Shown here piece after piece: positions 9,347 to 20,211 of a stretch of 37,519 nucleotides of DNA (its first letter is position 1; every line of letters starts with the position of its first letter). Position numbers and translations under genes: made by a program. Source of the DNA: Candidatus Sulfobium sp. (GTDB lineage Bacteria > Nitrospirota > Thermodesulfovibrionia > Thermodesulfovibrionales > UBA6898); contig JARRRI010000012.1 in the NCBI GenBank assembly GCA_037380845.1, forward strand, positions 10,454 to 47,972. Direction: 5' to 3'. The notes beneath the pieces were generated by a model, which worked only from the letters and a program-made list of their open reading frames with translations, was not told the DNA's origin and did no database searches.

Positions 9347-10157
9347 GGAATTCTACGGGCTGAGGGCCAAACCTTTCAGCAAAACCCCGGACCCCCGGTT
9401 TCTTTTCCTCAGCAGGAGCCATGAGGAGGCCCTTGCCCGGATGCAGTATGCCGTGGAGGAAAAGGAACTGATAATGCTGACCGGGGAGGTAGGGTGCGGC
9501 AAGACGACCCTCACCCGTGCCCTGATGGACACCCTCGGCCGGGAATACCGGGTGATCAATATCATCAATCCCAGGCTGACACCCGCCCAGTTCTTGAGGA
9601 CGGTCGCCATGAGGATGGAAACGGAGATACACTCCTCCCACAAGGCAGACCTGCTGGAGGGCATTTACGGGAAAGTGTACGAATACTTTGAAGAAGGCGT
9701 TTCTCCCGTAATTATTATCGACGAGGCCCAGTTGATCCCGAGCAAGGACACTTTTGAAGAGATACGCCTCCTTACTAATTTTCAGCTGGACTACACAAAC
9801 CTTCTCAGCCTGATTCTGGTGGGACAGCCCGACCTGAGAAAAAGATTGAACCACAGGGCATACATGCCCCTTAAGCAGCGTATCGGCCTCTTCTTTCATC
9901 TCGGCCCGATTGCCGAGGATGAAATAGAGGATTATGTGACGCACAGACTGAAGGTCTGCGGACGGGAGGACATGCTGTTTACCGGAGATGCATTGAGGGC
10001 ACTGTATCTATACTCGGGCGGGGTACCGAGGCTGATCAACAGCATCGCCACCTCGGCGCTCCTGGACGGGTTTGCGAGGGAAGTTACGGTCATCACCGAG
10101 CCCTTTGTAAAAGGGGCGGCAGGAGAACTGGGGTTGGATGGATATAGCGAAAATTAG
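9339..10157 (+). CDS. ExeA/GspA-like AAA ATPase (ATPase domain only)
   Basis: MFEEFYGLRAKPFSKTPDPRFLFLS..HEEAL, Walker A GEVGCGKTT, Walker B IIIDEAQ, LILVGQP, SGGVPRLIN. Start overlaps the cheA stop. Confidence 0.88.
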   Translation: MFEEFYGLRAKPFSKTPDPRFLFLSRSHEEALARMQYAVEEKELIMLTGEVGCGKTTLTRALMDTLGREYRVINIINPRLTPAQFLRTVAMRMETEIHSSHKADLLEGIYGKVYEYFEEGVSPVIIIDEAQLIPSKDTFEEIRLLTNFQLDYTNLLSLILVGQPDLRKRLNHRAYMPLKQRIGLFFHLGPIAEDEIEDYVTHRLKVCGREDMLFTGDALRALYLYSGGVPRLINSIATSALLDGFAREVTVITEPFVKGAAGELGLDGYSEN

Positions 10158-10899
10158 AAAGAAGGCCAAAGAAAAGGAGCTGAAGGCGGCGCAAAAGCAT
10201 GAGGGACCTGCCGGAGAGGAGATCGGGCCGGCCGCCGGCCCCCCGGAGGTCCCGGCTGAAGAGACAGACACGATCCGGGAGGTCTCTGAGGAAGCCGAAG
10301 ATCCGGCGGGCGAAGACCTGATAAGAGAGAGCGGGCCTCTGCCGGAAGCCCTTCAAACCGAAGCGGTCGCGATACCATACGAAGAGGAGCGGGAGGAGCC
10401 GCATGAGAACGAGGCACCGTCATCCGAAGCGACTGTCGAAGTCCTTGAACTGCTCTCTTTTACTGTGGCTGAAAAGGAATTCGCATTCAGGATTGCCGAT
10501 GTGGAGGAGATTATACCCTATCAGGGTATAACCCTTGTACCTCTGCTGCCTCATTATGTCAGCGGAATAACGTCCCTCAGGGGAAAGATCATCCCGGTCA
10601 TCGACCTCAAGTCCAGGTTTGCCCTCGGACAGGCCCGGGAGCGTTCCACTTCCTCCGGCAGTCCGGAGACAAACGGCGCAAAGGGAAAAATACTTATTTT
10701 GTCGGGTCCAAAGGGCATTATAGGAGCTACCGTTGATAAGATCAAAGGGGTGGTGAGATTCCCCGAGGACAGCATGCTTGCCCCCCCGGCGCATTTGACC
10801 GAAGAGGAAAGGAAGTTTATAGACGGCGTAGTAATACAGGAAAAACGTTTCATATCCATAGTCCGGTTCGGGGACGCTATGAACATAGAGCTCGGCTGA
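10138..10899 (+). CDS. cheW: CheW adaptor with a long acidic/proline-rich N-terminal extension
   Basis: [21 protein letters not shown]...[31 protein letters not shown], preceded by ~95 low-complexity acidic residues. Confidence 0.88.
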   Translation: MDIAKIRKKAKEKELKAAQKHEGPAGEEIGPAAGPPEVPAEETDTIREVSEEAEDPAGEDLIRESGPLPEALQTEAVAIPYEEEREEPHENEAPSSEATVEVLELLSFTVAEKEFAFRIADVEEIIPYQGITLVPLLPHYVSGITSLRGKIIPVIDLKSRFALGQARERSTSSGSPETNGAKGKILILSGPKGIIGATVDKIKGVVRFPEDSMLAPPAHLTEEERKFIDGVVIQEKRFISIVRFGDAMNIELG

Positions 10900-10909
10900 A
10901 GGAGGGCAT

Positions 10910-13762
10910 ATGCGCGCAACTCTTGAAGTTAAAATATTGGCCCTTGTTGCCTTTCTCCTGCTCATCGGGGTGGCTGCAGCGGGGGTCATGGTGATGACAA
11001 TCGAGAAAGCCAGCCTGTACGGAATTACTGAGAGCAGTTCCGAGGCCGCGGCCAATATTATCGCCAGGGACATTGAGAGGACGATGCTCGACGGCAGGGC
11101 CGATATTACGAAGGAACTGATCCATGACCTGAAAGGCACAAGCGGAGTGAACGAAATCTCGGTGCTTGATTATGAGGGCAGGCCGGCATTTGACAAGAGT
11201 GCCGCGGCTACCGAAAAGTCCGCTCTCAGGCAGATAGGACGCAGCGGTAAACCGTTTCTTGTGAGGGGGGTAAAACAGCTGACATTTTATAAGCCCCTGA
11301 TCAATTCCGGAAAGTGCAGGGAATGCCATGCCGGAGACCCTGAAGTCCTCGGCGCCGTCAAGGCTTCCATGTCGATAGAGAAGGAGTACAACAGTGCAGT
11401 CAAGTATATAAAGTTTGTTATCGTGGCGACGATCCTTGCCAGTCTTTTTTTCAGTTTCATACTGTGGGCGGCGGTCAGGAGGACGGTGATCAGTCCCATC
11501 CGGTCGCTGGAGTCGGCGGCCCTGAAATTGTCGGGCGGGGACCTTACCTTCGATGTCGATTTGAAGAGCAGGGATGAGATAGGAAGGCTCGGCAGGGAGG
11601 TGCGCGATTCGCTCGTGTCGATCTCCGGCATCCTGGGGAGGATCAAGGACGTTTCCGGGCGTGTATCGCGCGTGGCTGAGGACGTCGAGAAGGAATCCAG
11701 ACAGGTCGTCAATGGTACCATGCTTGAAACGGAGGCGGTAAACAACATTTCTTCGTCAGTAGAAGAGATGAATGCCGGCATGACCGAGATCGCAGACGGC
11801 ACGGACGGACTTGCGGCGTCGGCCGAAGAGACTGCAGCGTCCATGGAGCAGATGGTCACCAGCATCTCGGAGATCAAGGGCAGTACGGAGGACCTCTCCA
11901 TGGCGGTCGAATCTGCGTCGACCTCCATAGGCCAGTTGTCCGCCGCGATCAAGGAGGTTTCTGACAATGCCGGAGAACTGGCGGAATCGGCGGAGGAGAC
12001 GCAGGCTGCGATTATCGAGATTTCCACTTCCATTAAAGAAGTGGAGCAGCGGACAAAGGAATCGGCGATGCTTTCCGACAAGGTCAAGAACGAGGCCGTC
12101 ACATTCGGGATGACCTCGATCGAGAAGACGATCGACGGGATGAAGAATATAAAGTCCTCAGTGGAGAAGACCGCCTGTTACATAGAAAAACTCGGCGGGC
12201 GTTCGGAGGAGATCGGCAAGATACTCGTCGTAATCGACGAGGTGACCGACCAGACCACCATGCTGGCCCTGAACGCCGCAATACTGGCGGCCCAGGCCGG
12301 AGAACACGGCAAGGGCTTTACGGTGGTTGCGGATGAAATAAAGAACCTGGCGGACAGGACCGCCGCTTCGACCCAGGAGATCGCCGAGCTGATACAGGCC
12401 GTCAGGCAGGAGGTGAGCGACGCCTCAGGGGCGATGAACGAGGGGCTGCGGTCGGTGGAGACGGGCTTCAAGGTTACCAATGAGGCTGTTGACGCGCTGA
12501 GAAAGATAGTGGAGAGTTCGAGGAAATCCTCGGAAATGACCGCAGCGATCGAGCAGGCGACGGCGGAGCAGTCGAAGGCCGCAAAATTTGTTTCTTCCGC
12601 AATGGAAAAGGTGCTGGGTATGGCCGGACAGATCGCACGGGCGACAACGGAGCAGAACAGGGGAATCCAGCTGATTATGAATGCCACGCAGAAGATAAGC
12701 GATGTCACCATTCATGTCAAAACCGCGACTAACGAGCAGTCCATGAACAGCAAACAGATCTCGCAGGCGGTGGAGCTTGTCTCTGACAAGAGCCAGCAGA
12801 TGTCCAGGGCGGTCAACGAACAGAAAGTAGGCTCCAGCCAGATCCGGGATTCCGTCCAGAAGATAAGAGACCTCCCGAGGGAGAACAGGGAACGTGCGTT
12901 CCGGCTTAATCAAATGGTGAAGGATCTCATGAAAGATGCGGAACTGGCGGTTACGGAAATGGGCAGATTTACCTTTGCAGAGAGGACATCTTCAGGTCTT
13001 CTGAAGATGGGCATCGTTCCCCTTGAAGCTCCGGCCGTCATGTTTAAAAAGTTCAACCCGCTGGCCGAATACCTGGGCGGAGTATTGAAGCGCAGGATAG
13101 ACCTGAGGGTGGCCGTGGATTTCGAGGGCGCGGTGGAGGACATAGGCAAGGGGACTACGCAGATATGTTTTATGACGCCTTCCACTTATGTGGAGGCCCA
13201 CCGGAAGTACGGAGTTCGGGTGCTGGTAAAGGCCCTGACGGAAGGCAAGCCTTTCCATCACGCCGTTATCGTTACGCGTAATGACAGCGGGATAGACTCC
13301 CTCGAAGATCTCAGGGGGCGCTCTTTCGCCTTCGGCGATCTCCATTCTACTTCCAGCCACATTGTCCCAAGGGCCATGCTTCTCGAAGCCGGCGTGGACT
13401 TAAAAGACCTGCAGTATTACAATTATCTCGGTCATCATGACGACGTTGCCCGCGCTGTGGTAAGCGGCGATTTCGACGCGGGCGGCATAATGGAATCGAC
13501 AGCCGAAAAGTTCAGGGGCGAAGGGCTGAAATTCCTCATGGTTTCGGAAGACATACCTGAATTTAATATCTGTGTGGCCGATGGTGTTGAGCCCGGGACT
13601 GTTGCGGAATTGACCAATGCGCTGGTCTCTCTCCATGAGGGAACGCCTGAAGGTGCGGCGATTTTGAAGTCCATCAACATCGGTTACACCGGGTTCGCCC
13701 CTTCATCGGACGAAGATTATGACAGCGTAAGGAAGATGATGTCGAAAATAGGGCTGGCCTGA
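10910..13762 (+). CDS. Methyl-accepting chemoreceptor with periplasmic heme-c (CxxCH) sensor and C-terminal PhnD-like substrate-binding domain
   Basis: TM1, periplasmic domain with CRECH (11315-11329), TM2, HAMP (DEIGRL), MCP tip [35 protein letters not shown]. From ~13001: LKMGIVP...[15 protein letters not shown]...[10 protein letters not shown]...DYDSVR (phosphonate-binding family). Confidence 0.9.
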   Translation: MRATLEVKILALVAFLLLIGVAAAGVMVMTIEKASLYGITESSSEAAANIIARDIERTMLDGRADITKELIHDLKGTSGVNEISVLDYEGRPAFDKSAAATEKSALRQIGRSGKPFLVRGVKQLTFYKPLINSGKCRECHAGDPEVLGAVKASMSIEKEYNSAVKYIKFVIVATILASLFFSFILWAAVRRTVISPIRSLESAALKLSGGDLTFDVDLKSRDEIGRLGREVRDSLVSISGILGRIKDVSGRVSRVAEDVEKESRQVVNGTMLETEAVNNISSSVEEMNAGMTEIADGTDGLAASAEETAASMEQMVTSISEIKGSTEDLSMAVESASTSIGQLSAAIKEVSDNAGELAESAEETQAAIIEISTSIKEVEQRTKESAMLSDKVKNEAVTFGMTSIEKTIDGMKNIKSSVEKTACYIEKLGGRSEEIGKILVVIDEVTDQTTMLALNAAILAAQAGEHGKGFTVVADEIKNLADRTAASTQEIAELIQAVRQEVSDASGAMNEGLRSVETGFKVTNEAVDALRKIVESSRKSSEMTAAIEQATAEQSKAAKFVSSAMEKVLGMAGQIARATTEQNRGIQLIMNATQKISDVTIHVKTATNEQSMNSKQISQAVELVSDKSQQMSRAVNEQKVGSSQIRDSVQKIRDLPRENRERAFRLNQMVKDLMKDAELAVTEMGRFTFAERTSSGLLKMGIVPLEAPAVMFKKFNPLAEYLGGVLKRRIDLRVAVDFEGAVEDIGKGTTQICFMTPSTYVEAHRKYGVRVLVKALTEGKPFHHAVIVTRNDSGIDSLEDLRGRSFAFGDLHSTSSHIVPRAMLLEAGVDLKDLQYYNYLGHHDDVARAVVSGDFDAGGIMESTAEKFRGEGLKFLMVSEDIPEFNICVADGVEPGTVAELTNALVSLHEGTPEGAAILKSINIGYTGFAPSSDEDYDSVRKMMSKIGLA

Positions 13763-13770
13763 GGTGATGG

Positions 13771-15864
13771 ATGGCGGGGTTAAGCCGGAGGGAAGATCGT
13801 ATGAAAACAAAGGAGGTCTTTGACGGTGGAGCTCGTAAGATGATGTCCGGTAAATCCTTGAATACCAAGTTTCTGGCGGCCCTGTTTGTAGTCCTTTTCA
13901 TAGGGCAGTCTATAGGAAGTGGCATCGGATTTCTTTACATGAGGTCGGCACTTCTTGAGTCGCTGCAGAAGAGGCTAAGAAAGGCTGCAGCCGTTACCGC
14001 GGAGGTAATCACGGGGCCTCTCCTCAACTACGACTATGCTCCGGTTGACGCCTACCTTGACAGGATGATGAAAGACGAAGATATCCTGTCGGTCCGGGTG
14101 CTCGACAGCGAAGGGAAGGTGTTAAAGGAAAAGGTGCGGAAGACGGACTATGAAGTGTCGGCCCTCAACTTCTTTCTGTTCAGGAAGGCCATGTCGCTTA
14201 CTGTTCCGGTGGTGGCCGCCGGATCGAAGGTGGGCGAGATAGACGTCGGCTACAGCGCCCGGAGTATTAACGGCGACATGTCGGCCGGCCTGTTCAGCAT
14301 TTCCCTCTATGAGATCTTCATGCTCCTGGCGGTCGGCGTCACCATGCTGTTTCTCTTCAACAGGAATATAAGGAAGCCGGTTTCGGAGATAAACGGTGCT
14401 ATAGAAAAGATTACCGCGGGCAAATTATCGACCCGTTTGCCGGACCTCGGAGACGACGAAATAGGGAGTATAGCCAGGGGGATATCGTACCTTGTGGAGA
14501 GGTTTTCCGGGACGGTCTCGAAACTCAATTCAACGGCGGTGAATGTTTCGATGGCGATCAAGCAGGTCGACGTGACTTATGACAATGTCACAGGCAGCAC
14601 GAGGAAACAGTCGGACTCCATAAAGGACATCATAAAGTCCATTAACGGCGCTAACAGGGCCCAGTCGGATATAAATGACAAGGCTGAGAAATTATCGGGT
14701 GTTTCCACAGAGAACGTGTCGGCTCTCATACAGATGAAGGCCACCGCCGAGGAAATAGCGGCGAATACGCAGAGGCTGTTCAAGGCGACGGAGGATTCTT
14801 ATTCGGTCGTCGCAGAGCTGGCCCATACGGCCAAGGCGATCTCCAAGCACTCGCACGAGGCGTTGTCGGCGGTGGAAGAAACGTCTGCTTCAGTGGAAGA
14901 GATAGGCGCCTCTGTCCGGGAGGTAGAGGAGCATGCCAGGGCGTCTTCAAGGATGGCTGAGAAGGTCAGGGAGGTCACCTCGGAGAACGGCATGCTGACG
15001 ATCGTAAATGCCGTGGAGGGCATGGAGAACATATCCGCCGAGGTGAACAAGTCGTCCGAGATAGTGCAGCGTCTGGGTGCCCGGTCATCGGACATCGAGA
15101 AAGTGCTGTCGGTGATCAGGGACGTTACGGAACAGACGAACTTGTTGAGTCTTAACGCCGCCATTCTCGCTGTCCAGGCGGGTGAACACGGAAAGAGTTT
15201 TTCCGTTGTGGCCGATGAGATACGTGCTCTTTCCGAGAGGACGGCGAGTTCCACACGTGAGATCGGCGGCATAGTCAAGGCCATACAGAAGGACATAGGG
15301 GACGCAGTCCATTCCATAGATTCGGCGAAAGTAAAGGTGGATGACGGTAACAGCCTGGTGATCAAGGTCGGCGATGCTCTCCGGGAGATCCTCACCGCAT
15401 CGGAGCATTCTACGGAAATGGCCAAGTCGATAGAGAGGGCCACAGAGGAGCAGTCGCTCGGACTGGGACAGATAACGGCAGCTATTGAAGAAATACGGAA
15501 AATGATGCACAGCATAGCAAAGTCCACGTCTGAAGAGGACAACGCTCTCAGTTACCTCCTCGAAGGGGTGGGGGAGGTAAAGGAGGTCGCGGACCTCAGT
15601 AAGAGGGGAACCGAGGAGCAGGCGGTAGGGACCAGGGGTATCTCAAAAAACCTCGAACTTGCAAACGATGTAGTGAGAGGCATAAGCGATGCGGTCCTGC
15701 ATCAGAAGGAACTGAACGACAACATCATCGGGGCTATGGAGAATATCGACACCCTGGGGATTGCCACAGTGAAGGACATGGAGGACGTTTCCCAGTCACT
15801 CAATACCCTCGCCGGAGAAATAGAGACACTCAAGAAAGAGATGGAGGTTTTCAGGACCGCCTAG
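13771..15864 (+). CDS. Methyl-accepting chemoreceptor (start ambiguous: 13771, 13801 or 13840)
   Basis: Two TMs flanking a small PAS/Cache-like periplasmic domain ([12 protein letters not shown]), HAMP (DDEIGSI), tip [35 protein letters not shown]. Confidence 0.92.
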   Translation: MAGLSRREDRMKTKEVFDGGARKMMSGKSLNTKFLAALFVVLFIGQSIGSGIGFLYMRSALLESLQKRLRKAAAVTAEVITGPLLNYDYAPVDAYLDRMMKDEDILSVRVLDSEGKVLKEKVRKTDYEVSALNFFLFRKAMSLTVPVVAAGSKVGEIDVGYSARSINGDMSAGLFSISLYEIFMLLAVGVTMLFLFNRNIRKPVSEINGAIEKITAGKLSTRLPDLGDDEIGSIARGISYLVERFSGTVSKLNSTAVNVSMAIKQVDVTYDNVTGSTRKQSDSIKDIIKSINGANRAQSDINDKAEKLSGVSTENVSALIQMKATAEEIAANTQRLFKATEDSYSVVAELAHTAKAISKHSHEALSAVEETSASVEEIGASVREVEEHARASSRMAEKVREVTSENGMLTIVNAVEGMENISAEVNKSSEIVQRLGARSSDIEKVLSVIRDVTEQTNLLSLNAAILAVQAGEHGKSFSVVADEIRALSERTASSTREIGGIVKAIQKDIGDAVHSIDSAKVKVDDGNSLVIKVGDALREILTASEHSTEMAKSIERATEEQSLGLGQITAAIEEIRKMMHSIAKSTSEEDNALSYLLEGVGEVKEVADLSKRGTEEQAVGTRGISKNLELANDVVRGISDAVLHQKELNDNIIGAMENIDTLGIATVKDMEDVSQSLNTLAGEIETLKKEMEVFRTA

Positions 15865-16350
15865 ATGAACAAGTTCGCAGTCTTCAGGATAGCAGGTGAG
15901 ACCTTCGGCATCGGGATCGGGAGGGTCGTGGAGATCATCACTCCTCAGGAGATATTTTCGATTCCCGGCCTGCCCGAATTTCTCGCGGGTGTAATAAGCG
16001 TGAGGGGTTCCGTTATTCCCCTGATCGATTTGAGGAGGCGGTTCGGCACGAAACCTGTGGGCAAGAAAGAGAGGGTGATCATAGTCCGGTTCGATAAGGA
16101 AAAGGCGGGGTTTCTCGTCGACGAAATCAAGGAGATCCTGGCATTGTCACCGGAGGAGATAACGCCGCCCCCGACTCTGTTCAAGGGTTTCAAGACCGAA
16201 TATCTCGATGGCATCGGCAAGAAGGAAGAGGGGATCATCATACTTCTGAATATCGACAACCTGTTGACTTCCGAAGAGAAGATAAGACTTGAGGAATCGA
16301 TCGAAATGATTGAGGAGAGAAGTGGAGAAACTGAAGCGTCAGATCAATAA
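15865..16350 (+). CDS. cheW: CheW adaptor
   Basis: FAVFRIAGETFGIGIGRVVEI...IPGLPEFLAGVISVRGSVIPLIDLRRRF...GFLVDEI. Confidence 0.93.
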   Translation: MNKFAVFRIAGETFGIGIGRVVEIITPQEIFSIPGLPEFLAGVISVRGSVIPLIDLRRRFGTKPVGKKERVIIVRFDKEKAGFLVDEIKEILALSPEEITPPPTLFKGFKTEYLDGIGKKEEGIIILLNIDNLLTSEEKIRLEESIEMIEERSGETEASDQ

Positions 16351-18312
16351 CAGCAACGTGGACCTGAGGCGGGAAGCCGTTGAGAGCATGCGCGGGATGA
16401 AACAGGATGCGTGTCTTCCCCTGCTGCTGAAGGCTATGGAGGACGTCAGCTGGCGCGTGAGGAAGAGCGCGGTAGAGATCCTCCTGGACGATTACCCAAT
16501 GGAAAAATATATCAGGGGCCTTATCGGGCTTCTTTATATCGAAGAGAACGCAGGGGCGAGAAATTCCGCGATAGAGGCACTTATACGGCTGGGCCGGAAG
16601 GCTACCGTGTTTCTCATTGAGGCTTTCAAGACGACCAACCGTGATGTGAGAAAGTTCGTGATCGATGTACTCGGAGAACACAGGGACCCGAGGTCCGTCC
16701 CGATGATGCTTGAAGCTCTCAGGGATGAAGATGAAAACGTCAGGGCCACGGCGGTCGAACATCTGGGCAAGGCGGGAGAGCTTTCTGTCGTGGATGCTCT
16801 CATCGAGATAATGGAAAGCGGCGATCTCTGGACAGCATATCCCGCCGCCGATGCACTTGGCAGAATAGGAAACCCGAAGGCGGTGTCTCACCTGCTCCGC
16901 GCCCTTGAGACCAAACCCCTGAGGGAGCCGGTCCTTAAGGCGCTCGGCCGCCTGGCCGAACCGTCTTCCCTGAGAAGCATTATTCCCCTTCTGGAAGACC
17001 CCTCGATAAATATCCAGGAGCGGACATTGACGACCATTGCGAAATTCTATCACAGGGGGGTCGAAGCGGGCGTTATCACGGGGGAAATGAAGAGGTTGCT
17101 GGAAGAGAGAGCGATGAAGCTGCTGATAAAACACGCCTGGTCAAAGAAGCGGGAGGTGAGGATCTCGGCTATCCTCCTGCTCGGTCTGATGAAGGACGAG
17201 GCGGCGTACGGTCCGCTGCTGGAAATCTCTCAGGAAGAAGGATTCTCCGATGATATCAAGAAGGCGCTGGTATTCATCGGAAGGGACAAACCCGAGTCAT
17301 TGCTCGGGCTCTTCGACGTCGAGAGTGTGCACCAGAGGCGTTTTATGTGCGAAGTCACTTCCTCGATCGTTTCGCCTGTTTACTACGACATACTCGAAGA
17401 GATGCTGGGCGATCAGGACGGGCACGTCCGTTCCGCCGCTGCCGTAAGCATAGCTAAGCTGGATGATCCGCGGGCGGTGGACAAACTGAAAAAACTCCTG
17501 ACCGATCCCTATGAAGATGTGCAGGAGGCTGCAGTGCTGGCGCTGTCAAACCTCGGTGCTGCGTTGAAGAAAGAGGAAATAATAGGCTTGCTCAGGAGTG
17601 AAGACCCCGTGCTCAGGAGGAATTCGGCCCATCTTCTCGGAAAGATGAAGGTTTCGGCCGCGGTCGAGGAGCTCGGTTTCGCTCTTAAAGACGAGGATGT
17701 AAGGGTCAGAAAGGCCGTTGTGGGGGCGCTGGCTTCCATCGGCACCGAAGATGCGGTGCGGTATCTCATCTTCGCCCTTACGGACGAAAACCCCGACGTA
17801 AGGATTTCGGCCGTGTTGAGTCTCGGTTTGACCGGGGGAGAAGGCGTCCTGGATTCACTGGTCATTCTTACATCGGACAACGACAGTTACGTGAGGGCGG
17901 CCGCCGCAAAGTCCCTCGGGATGATGTCGGAAGACGAGAGCATGCCGGAGATCGCCCGTCCGGTCCCCTTATAAGACTCCTGAATGATGGTTGCGGCTTC
18001 GTGGTAGCGACGGCGATCGAGTCACTGGGCAGGGTCGGTGGGGATGAGGCCGGACGGGCGATCTCCGGCATGCTCTCGTCTTCCGACCAGGAGATAAAGA
18101 GGACGGCGATAATGGCACTTTCGGGCTTTGAGGGCAATGAAAGAAACCTTATCCCCTTCCTGACCGATCCTGACTGGGCGACAAGGATCGCTTCCGTGAA
18201 GGCACTCGGGAAAAGGGTGAAAGGGGAAGTAAGGCGGGAGCTTGAAAAGCTTCTCGACTGCGAAGAAGATCCGACTGTACTCAAGACTGTTGAAGAGATC
18301 CTGCGTGTTTGA
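16322..18312 (+). pseudogene. HEAT/PBS-lyase repeat protein (~655 aa), frameshifted by an inverted insertion at 17926-17963
   Basis: Many repeats of the form L.D.D..VR..AV..LG. The repeat pattern resumes in another frame at ~17965 (PLIRLLNDGCGFVVATAIESLGRVG) and runs to the TGA at 18312. Probable start is GTG 16322 after gaggag. Confidence 0.8.
17926..18087. repeat. Perfect 38-bp inverted repeat (17926-17963 / 18050-18087)
   Basis: gtcggaagacgagagcatgccggagatcgcccgtccgg is the exact reverse complement of ccggacgggcgatctccggcatgctctcgtcttccgac. The peptide SEDESMPEIARP appears in ORFs on both strands. Confidence 0.95.
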
Positions 18313-19070
18313 GCAAGAAGATATAATACCTCTCCCTGAAGATGTATTCAGGCTGATACGAGACGTCATTCGGGACCACTGCGGACTTTTCTTTGACGAC
18401 GGGTCACGATATCTCCTTGAAAAAAGGCTGACCCGCCGTGTGAGAAACCATCATCTCGGAGACTTCAGAGAGTACTACCGTCTGCTGCGTTATGACAGAA
18501 ACGCCGAAGCCGAACTATCGGCGATCATAGACGTGCTTACGGTCAATGAAACGTATTTTTTCAGGGAACAGAACCAGCTGAAGGCCTTCAGCACCGAAAT
18601 ACTGCAGGAACTGGAGGAGGTCAAGAAAGACAACCGGACTCTTCGAATATGGTCCGCGGGTTGTTCAACCGGGGAAGAGCCGTACACGATTGCGATGCTT
18701 ATTGCCGAGGCGAAAAATCTGAACGGCTGGGATATCGAGATCCACGGAAGTGACATAAACCAGCGGGTATTGCAGATTGCGCGGAAGGGGGCATACAGGA
18801 AGAATTCGTTCCGGACGATAGAACCGTATTTTATGAACAAATATTTCCACGCTGATGATGATTCCCTCAAAATCAGCATTCTGCCGAAATGTATTAATAT
18901 ATTTCGACGGCTTATCGAGAAGAAAGGTAATAGATATATTTTACGACAGGCTTTTTGACGGCGGTTATCTCCTCCTTGGCCACGCGGAGTCCCTCATTAA
19001 TATTTCGACGGCTTTCACCCTGAGGCACCTGAAAAACGATATGGTGTACCAGAAGCCGGCGAAAAAATAG
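18305..19070 (+). pseudogene. cheR: CheR methyltransferase with an internal deletion/frameshift near 18877
   Basis: TVNETYFFRE and RIWSAGCSTGEEPYTIAM, then at 18878 a switch to another frame reading FCRNVLIYFD...GGYLLLGHAES. The usual V.F...NL...D.I segment is absent. Confidence 0.85.
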
Positions 19071-19164
19071 GCGGCAGCACCGTCGGAAAGAGGAACCCGT
19101 CGACAGGGAAAAGGCATTCCTTGAAGGGTCTTCGTCCGCAGAATTTCTCAAGAGGTATATCGTT

Positions 19165-20211
19165 TTGAAAACAAAAGTACTTATCGTAGACGACTCGGCA
19201 TATACCAGGCAGATTATCAAGGATATGCTGGAAAAAGACGACGGCCTCGAAGTCGTGGGCATCGCCTCCAACGGTAAGGACGCAATGGCCAAGACGCTGC
19301 GGCTGAAACCCGACATCATAACGCTGGACTTTGAAATGCCGGAGATGGATGGTTTCGGCTTCCTGAGGTGGCTGATGGTCAACAAGCCGACCCCCGTCAT
19401 CATGGTGAGCTCTTACAACGATTCAAAGACGGTCTTCAGGACTCTGGAGCTCGGAGCGGTCGACTTCATCGCCAAACCGACCAGACGTGCGTCGATCGAG
19501 CTTAAGAGCATCGAAAAGGACCTCATGCAGAAGGTCAGGGGGATAAAAAATATCCGGATGGATATTCTGAGCAGGAACCTCCAGTTGCTTGGCAGTGAGC
19601 CTCCAGTCAGTTCGCGGCTGGAAGAGAAACCGGTGCGGGCCGTGGCAGTGGGGGCTTCCACAGGAGGACCCGCAGCCCTTCAGATTGTCCTGACCAGGCT
19701 TGAGGCGGATTTTCAGGCGGCGATACTGGTCAGCCAGCATATGCCCCGGGGGTTTACCGGGCCTCTCTCCGAGCGGCTGAACAGGCTGTCCTCTTTGAAG
19801 ATCAGGGAGGCGAAGGAGGGTGATCCTGTCGAAGCCGGTACCGCGCTGATCTGTCCCGGGGGATATCACCTTGGCATTGAGGCGAGGGGCCAGAAGAAGT
19901 TCGTACGTCTTAAAGAGGGGAAACTCAGTGACAAATATGTGCCATCGGTCGACTATATGATGAAGTCGGTGGCCGATAACTTCGGAGCCGATTCCATGGG
20001 GATCCTTCTCACGGGCATGGGCAATGACGGGAGAAAAGGGATGCTGGAAATTAAAACGAAAGGTGGTTATACTATAGCAGAATCGGCGCAGAGCGCAGTC
20101 GTTTTCGGTATGCCGGCAGAGGCGATAAAGGCCGGAGCCGCGAGGGCTGTCATGCCATTGGCCGATATCCCGGCCGAGATAGTGCGCCTGGTCAACAGGG
20201 GGAGCGAGTAG
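19165..20211 (+). CDS. cheB: Chemotaxis methylesterase CheB (REC + methylesterase)
   Basis: VLIVDDS, ITLDFEMPEMDG, catalytic triad motifs GASTGG, QHM, LTGMGNDG. TTG start. Confidence 0.96.
   Translation: MKTKVLIVDDSAYTRQIIKDMLEKDDGLEVVGIASNGKDAMAKTLRLKPDIITLDFEMPEMDGFGFLRWLMVNKPTPVIMVSSYNDSKTVFRTLELGAVDFIAKPTRRASIELKSIEKDLMQKVRGIKNIRMDILSRNLQLLGSEPPVSSRLEEKPVRAVAVGASTGGPAALQIVLTRLEADFQAAILVSQHMPRGFTGPLSERLNRLSSLKIREAKEGDPVEAGTALICPGGYHLGIEARGQKKFVRLKEGKLSDKYVPSVDYMMKSVADNFGADSMGILLTGMGNDGRKGMLEIKTKGGYTIAESAQSAVVFGMPAEAIKAGAARAVMPLADIPAEIVRLVNRGSE

Noticed and set aside
9339..10157. Type II secretion locus or transposon TniB/IstB ATPase
   Set aside because: No gsp genes, transposase or terminal repeats nearby, and the gene is embedded in the che operon.
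13001..13762. Phosphonate ABC uptake system
   Set aside because: No phnC/phnE, no separate start or signal peptide. The domain is in frame with the MCP.
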